From an uncultured virus (IMG/VR IMGVR_UViG_3300036398_003808) (taxonomy: Duplodnaviria > Heunggongvirae > Uroviricota > Caudoviricetes), in the IMG/VR virus record IMGVR_UViG_3300036398_003808: DNA of 20,000 bases; one strand, written 5' to 3'. The notes beneath the pieces were generated by a model that saw only the letters and a program-made list of their open reading frames with translations, did not search any database and was not told the DNA's origin. Position 1 is the stretch's first letter; each line of letters starts with the position of its first letter. The translations under genes were made by a program, and so were the position numbers. This document shows, in pieces, positions 15,905-20,000 of the stretch.

Positions 15905-18001
15905 CTAGGACTGAGCCGCGGCGAGGCGCGGATCGGTTGTGATCTGGTTGCCGTAGATCTGACTGATGATCCCCATCCGATCGGGTGAGTTTACCATGTC
16001 GGACTCGCGCATGTAGCGCGGCGGCTGAGGCGTAGTGAGACGCTTCTTCAGCATCCAATCGAACATCGTGTCTCCAAGCGCTCCGTAGGATGCGCGATAG
16101 AGTCCAAGCCGCGGAAACAGCGCGTTGGCGCCGGCGTGATTGTTGAGCATCTGCCCTGATTCGGGCGCGAGATGCCGGAAAGGCTTCGGCACGGTCCGTC
16201 CGGTCTCCGGGTCGATCGAGCCGGGCACACCGGCGGTGCCAGTGGTGTAACTATCGTTGCCGTTGACCTGCAGACGCCCAGGTGCAGGAGGTCCGATCAT
16301 CGGCGGCGGCGGACTTGCGACTTCGGGCGGCTCGGGCGGTATGCCGGTGGTGTAGGATCGTCCGTTCACCACCGTGTTGCCCTGCGCGGCCGCCTTGATT
16401 TGACCGACACGCTTCTGCAGCCGATCGATGCGGTTGCCGATCAGCCGTCCGGCGATCGTGTTCTCGCTGTCGCTCGCGGACGCCGCGCCGTCCGCCTGGG
16501 CCTTGCCCATCGCGGCCGTCATCTTCGCCTGCTCCTTCTGCACTGCGGACGTGGCCTTTGCCTGCTCCTTCTGCAGTGCAGCCGTGGCCTTTGCCGTCTC
16601 GAGCTGCAACTTCAGCACTTCTTTTTCCTGCTGCTGCTTGCCCAGCTCTTGCTGAAAGCGCTGCTCCTGCTCCATCTGCGCCTGCGTGGCTGCCTGCTCC
16701 GTCTGGCCCTGCTGCTGTGCAGCGGCCTGCTCGGCCTGCATGGCTTTTTGTTCGGCCTGCATCACCGCAGGGTTTGCGGCCGGCGGTGGCGTGATGGAGT
16801 TGGCAGTCGCCTGCTGCTGATTCTGCATCCGCAGCGCTGGGTTCTGTCCGAGCTGCGGCGGCACTGGGACGGCGCCGGCCGGCGCTGGTCCTAGCGCATA
16901 CTTGGTGAGTTCGGCGACGAGACCCACCAGCGACGCAGCGGACTTCTCCACAGGCTGCGGCTGCTTCTCGTTGCGATGCTTCGTGCGCGCGCGAGTTTCC
17001 GTGCGCAGGCGGCGGCGTGTATCGCGCCCCAACCGCTGCAGCAGCGTGTTTGAGAGCTGCAGGTTTCCGACAGGCATCTGAATTTGCGTTTCGATGTCGC
17101 CGGGGTTCGCTGTCGGCAGCGTGACGCTCGCCGTCCCGGCTGAGTCCAGAGCCAGCCGCTTCTGCTCCATGTCGCTGTTCTGCTTCGCCTTGTAGAGCAG
17201 TATACCGAGGGCACCCAGGCCGAGCCCGCCGGCTCCCAACCAGACTTCCTTCGGGATGGATTTGATCGGGTTCTCGGCTGGCGGTTTCGCGCGGTCGTGT
17301 GCAAAGGATTTCGCCGCCTCGGTCGCCGCGTTGTCGACGTTGTAGAGAGTGCCGACTCCTTTCATCGCGAGATCTTTGGTCGGCGCGAGCGCGATAGCAC
17401 CGAGCCCGGTGAGGACGTTCTTGCTCGCGATCTGATGTCCGCCGACGGCCCCGAGCAGGGCGTTCAGCCCGCCCATCAGCGTGCGCTCCTTGTCCCACTT
17501 CCACGGTTGGAAGGTGCTGCCGATCGGACGCTTCGTGTCGGCCGCCTGGTCGAAGAACGCGGTCGTGCCGAGTGCTCCGAGAACGCTGGCCAGCGCTTGG
17601 GTTTTGGTGTTCGCACACTTCTCGATGACCTCGATGTTCAGACTGCGCGCCAGGGCCTTGGACGGCGAGTTGTGCCGCATGATCATGGCCTTCACGTCAT
17701 CGCAATGATCGCGGACTTCCCGGATGACTTGCGCGACGGCCGACTTCGCGAAGCCACGCTCACGGTAGGCCGGCAGAATGCCGACCGCGTAGTATCCGAC
17801 TTTTTTTTCGCCCTCGTCGAACTTCTGCCAGCCGACAAAACCCACCGGGTCCGCGGTGGCAGATTCTTTCACGAGATACAGCCCGCCGTTGAACTGATTG
17901 GTCTTCAGTCCGTGCGGCCAGTAGGACGGATCCTCGTGCAGGATCCGACTCATGATGCCTTCGACGATGGGCAGCTCGGAGGCCGCGGCAACTTTGATCA
18001 T
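15905..18001 (-). CDS. Large multidomain protein, 698 aa: GNAT acetyltransferase + Gly-rich hydrophobic region + Gln/Ala coiled coil + Pro-rich tail; possibly virion/ejected
   Basis: GNAT pattern VGFVGW...VGILPAYRERGFAKSAV...HNSPSKALARSLN; hydrophobic segments such as VWLGAGGLGLGALGILLY. Start set at ATG 18001 because a terminator and promoter lie just upstream. Confidence 0.8.
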   Translation of the reverse strand: MIKVAAASELPIVEGIMSRILHEDPSYWPHGLKTNQFNGGLYLVKESATADPVGFVGWQKFDEGEKKVGYYAVGILPAYRERGFAKSAVAQVIREVRDHCDDVKAMIMRHNSPSKALARSLNIEVIEKCANTKTQALASVLGALGTTAFFDQAADTKRPIGSTFQPWKWDKERTLMGGLNALLGAVGGHQIASKNVLTGLGAIALAPTKDLAMKGVGTLYNVDNAATEAAKSFAHDRAKPPAENPIKSIPKEVWLGAGGLGLGALGILLYKAKQNSDMEQKRLALDSAGTASVTLPTANPGDIETQIQMPVGNLQLSNTLLQRLGRDTRRRLRTETRARTKHRNEKQPQPVEKSAASLVGLVAELTKYALGPAPAGAVPVPPQLGQNPALRMQNQQQATANSITPPPAANPAVMQAEQKAMQAEQAAAQQQGQTEQAATQAQMEQEQRFQQELGKQQQEKEVLKLQLETAKATAALQKEQAKATSAVQKEQAKMTAAMGKAQADGAASASDSENTIAGRLIGNRIDRLQKRVGQIKAAAQGNTVVNGRSYTTGIPPEPPEVASPPPPMIGPPAPGRLQVNGNDSYTTGTAGVPGSIDPETGRTVPKPFRHLAPESGQMLNNHAGANALFPRLGLYRASYGALGDTMFDWMLKKRLTTPQPPRYMRESDMVNSPDRMGIISQIYGNQITTDPRLAAAQS

Positions 18002-18035
18002 GCGGAATGCTACCGCACTTTCCGTCGCAGGTAAA
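18002..18035 (-). promoter_or_regulatory. Promoter-like element TTTACC-17nt-TAGCAT, 5 nt before ATG (leaderless)
   Basis: Lies immediately after a terminator; same geometry and flanks (CTGCGA, GTAGxATTCCGC) as 13952-13986. Confidence 0.6.
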
Positions 18036-18077
18036 GAGGAAGCAGCCGCCGCCACCGGTGAGGGTGGCGGCGGCTGC
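18033..18077 (-). terminator. Intrinsic terminator
   Basis: Perfect 15-bp stem (18042-18056 with 18063-18077), 6-nt loop, followed by TTCCTCTTT on the minus strand, 30 nt after the stop at 18108. Confidence 0.85.
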
Positions 18078-18107
18078 GACGATTTCCTTGTAGTGGTTGC
18101 GCGCGGC

Positions 18108-19007
18108 TTACGCCGCGCCGTCCTCTTTTGCGGCGTCGAACGCCGCTGCGACGCTGCCCTCGAACGCAGCGTGAACTTCCAGCCCGCCTCCGCCGTGTTG
18201 CGCACTATAGCGAGCGGTCCGCGCGCTGTCGCGTTTGACTTTCGCCGCCTTACGCATCTCGCCCTCCCCAGTAAGCTCGCGAACAAGCACGGGGGGCGCT
18301 CCGATTATTTTCGGAATCGTTGCCTTGTCGAACCCACCAAAGCACTGGCACGCGGCGAGGAATGGGTCCCACGCTGTGACGTGGTTCTCGGCGAACTCCC
18401 GCGCCGACGGGGCCAGTCTGGCCATGAGGTCTGACGCGCTGGAGCCAGGCACTACCATGCCTTTCACCTCTTTCCATGTCCGAGGGTCCAGATACTGCTC
18501 GGCATTCTTGCTGTTCGGCAGGTGTCCGTCCATCCGCTTTAGAGGATCCAGGTAGCCCTTCATGATCCCCCAGCCTGCCGCCGTGGGCAGCAGGCGTCCC
18601 ATGTAGGCCGACAACCACGGGATCTCGACCATTTTGATCGTATAGTCGCGCCGCGCCTCGTCACCATCCAGGACTGTCACCGTCGCATCCGGATGTTTGC
18701 CGGCTTTCATGCCGGCCGCGACCATCTCTAGCGTAAGCGACACCACGTGATGTCGCGTGTCCGACTCCTTCCTGCGGAACATAGCAGCCAAGACCGCCAG
18801 GATTTTACTGTCGTCGTCAAGGACGGTGAGTGCGCACATTTCCATGCTGGAGAGGAAGCAGCCACTCCATCGGTGACCGTAGTCGGTGCTGAGACGTTCC
18901 GGAGACGTCTGTTGTAGCCGCGGGTCCTCCAGTGGACTCAATGGCAACTGGGCAATTGAGGTTTTATATTGCTGCTTAGTCTCTTGATCGTAGTTGTCGT
19001 TATCCAT
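18108..19007 (-). CDS. Hypothetical protein, 299 aa
   Basis: Long ORF with natural composition, (CCAA)4 leader and downstream terminator. Confidence 0.82.
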   Translation of the reverse strand: MDNDNYDQETKQQYKTSIAQLPLSPLEDPRLQQTSPERLSTDYGHRWSGCFLSSMEMCALTVLDDDSKILAVLAAMFRRKESDTRHHVVSLTLEMVAAGMKAGKHPDATVTVLDGDEARRDYTIKMVEIPWLSAYMGRLLPTAAGWGIMKGYLDPLKRMDGHLPNSKNAEQYLDPRTWKEVKGMVVPGSSASDLMARLAPSAREFAENHVTAWDPFLAACQCFGGFDKATIPKIIGAPPVLVRELTGEGEMRKAAKVKRDSARTARYSAQHGGGGLEVHAAFEGSVAAAFDAAKEDGAA

Positions 19008-19012
19008 TTTAC

Positions 19013-19028
19013 TTGGTTGGTTGGTTGG
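19013..19028. repeat. (TTGG)4; (CCAA)4 on the coding strand before ATG 19007
   Basis: Four perfect units. Confidence 0.9.
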
Positions 19029-19069
19029 TGTTCGTTACGCGAACGGCATGAATTGCCGCTAGCAATGTA

Positions 19070-19495
19070 TTATGACGCAATCCGCGTCATTTTTGCATGG
19101 AGCGCCGCGTGCTCCTGAACACTCACCTGCACCGTCATTGGCGGTTTTCCGCGCAGCTTCGAGCTATACAACCCCAGAATCCGCCGTGCCCTACCCTCCA
19201 GGCGACCGTTGATGTCCCGCGGACGCAGCGTCCAGCCGATCACCGGCAGTCCTTTGAGATTCCATTTGAGCACCCGGATGAAGTAAATGCGGGCCGGCTG
19301 TCCGGGTAGTCGCAGCTGATCCAGCGCTCCTATCAGTTTTCCGTAACGGTCGATGCGGTAGATCACCGACGGGTAGCATGGGATCTCGGCCAGGCTGTAA
19401 ATCAAGCTGATGGCCCGCTTCGTGTCGCGTATCCCGTACACGACCACTGAGTCCAGCGGTTTGCTTACGGCGTCCGGTGTCGGAGCATCAGCCAC
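19070..19495 (-). CDS. Hypothetical basic protein, 141 aa (MADAPTPDAVSKPLDSVVVYGIRD...)
   Basis: 3' part of ORF 19070..19810; GTG 19495 overlaps the end of the upstream gene by 8 nt. Confidence 0.65.
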   Translation of the reverse strand: MADAPTPDAVSKPLDSVVVYGIRDTKRAISLIYSLAEIPCYPSVIYRIDRYGKLIGALDQLRLPGQPARIYFIRVLKWNLKGLPVIGWTLRPRDINGRLEGRARRILGLYSSKLRGKPPMTVQVSVQEHAALHAKMTRIAS

Positions 19496-20000
19496 GCGGG
19501 TAGAGCACCTGCACCGCCAGCCGGCGCGTGAGGTTGACAGACACCCCGTCGCGTCCTGGCGGAATGTCGGCGGAGCAGTCGGCTGCGTCGAACGGCACAT
19601 CGAACACCTGCACGTCGTAGCGTCGGTTCCCTTTCCCGGCGACGATACAGACCTGCTTGCCGCTTTCGATGGCGTTGATGACACCCTCGATCTCCGCCTT
19701 CGCCTCTTCGATACCCATGAGCGAGCCAATGTTCTTAAACAGCGATGCGCGCGCTGCGGCGGACAACCGCACCGCCGGGGTTGTCGGAACTTCTGATCGT
19801 AGATGCTCAACGGTGGCGCTCGTCACCGCGGCGAATGCGTCAGTCACCGCGGATGGGATAACGACAACGGACAGGTCGCTCGCGGCTGTTGGCTGAGTCG
19901 GAATGGCGATGTCGATATGCGCATCCAAGCCGTCCACGATCCGCCTGGAAATCTCGGCTCGCGTGCCTTCCGTATCGAGTCCCATGGATTCCGCGATGGC
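19488..20000 (-). CDS. Hypothetical protein, probably 5'-truncated by the window edge
   Basis: ORF 19488..19985 stays open to position 20000 (GCC ATC GCG GAA TCC ATG). Confidence 0.72.
   Translation of the reverse strand, partial: AIAESMGLDTEGTRAEISRRIVDGLDAHIDIAIPTQPTAASDLSVVVIPSAVTDAFAAVTSATVEHLRSEVPTTPAVRLSAAARASLFKNIGSLMGIEEAKAEIEGVINAIESGKQVCIVAGKGNRRYDVQVFDVPFDAADCSADIPPGRDGVSVNLTRRLAVQVLYPRG

Noticed and set aside
307..15907. Genome-wide TAG reassignment (alternative genetic code)
   Set aside because: TAG ends genes at sensible points (307, 3486, 13730, 13988), and at 307 and 3486 a new ATG follows in another frame. Genes are not fragmented under the standard bacterial code.
13983..17618. 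Long alternative-frame minus ORFs 13983..15041 and 16251..17618
   Set aside because: Arg/Gly/Ala-rich off-frame translations overlapping the RNAP and GNAT genes.
18002..18286. 95-aa N-terminal extension of the 793-aa ORF
   Set aside because: It overlaps the upstream gene and crosses a strong terminator and a promoter-like motif; ATG 18001 is the better start.
3193..19028. CRISPR array, iterons or telomere-like repeats
   Set aside because: The repeats are short tandem units without unique spacers, and the simple repeats sit directly before start codons.
45..19896. All plus-strand ORFs in the track (e.g. 568..1218, 6332..7099, 7997..8854, 16172..16894)
   Set aside because: They lie antisense to a continuous, coupled minus-strand gene set, show no recognisable motifs and are typical GC-rich shadow frames.

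Overview
GC-rich, gene-dense segment with every credible gene on the minus strand and many ATGA/GTGA start-stop overlaps. It reads as part of a large (jumbo-type) bacteriophage genome, not a bacterial chromosome. In transcription order (right to left): three hypothetical genes (20000-18108); a hairpin-bounded module (18077-13672) holding a ~698-aa protein (N-terminal GNAT acetyltransferase, Gly-rich hydrophobic, coiled-coil and Pro-rich parts), a divergent multisubunit RNA polymerase chain (C-terminal half of beta fused to the first ~90 residues of beta-prime, lacking the zinc-binding domain) and a 73-aa protein; a peptide deformylase; ~10.7 kb of small or mosaic accessory ORFs (DUF2958-, DUF4241- and DUF6874-like domains, a SAM-methyltransferase-like protein, a zinc-finger protein); and a C5 DNA cytosine methyltransferase with an internally repeated variable region. 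Notable non-coding signals: a conserved promoter-like motif abutting two start codons (leaderless mRNAs), C/A-rich simple-repeat leaders instead of Shine-Dalgarno sites, mini-ORFs bridging intergenic gaps, a perfect 34-bp palindrome and several short tandem duplications. No rRNA, tRNA, CRISPR array, integrase or transposase was recognised. Family names come from motifs recognised by eye, not from database searches.
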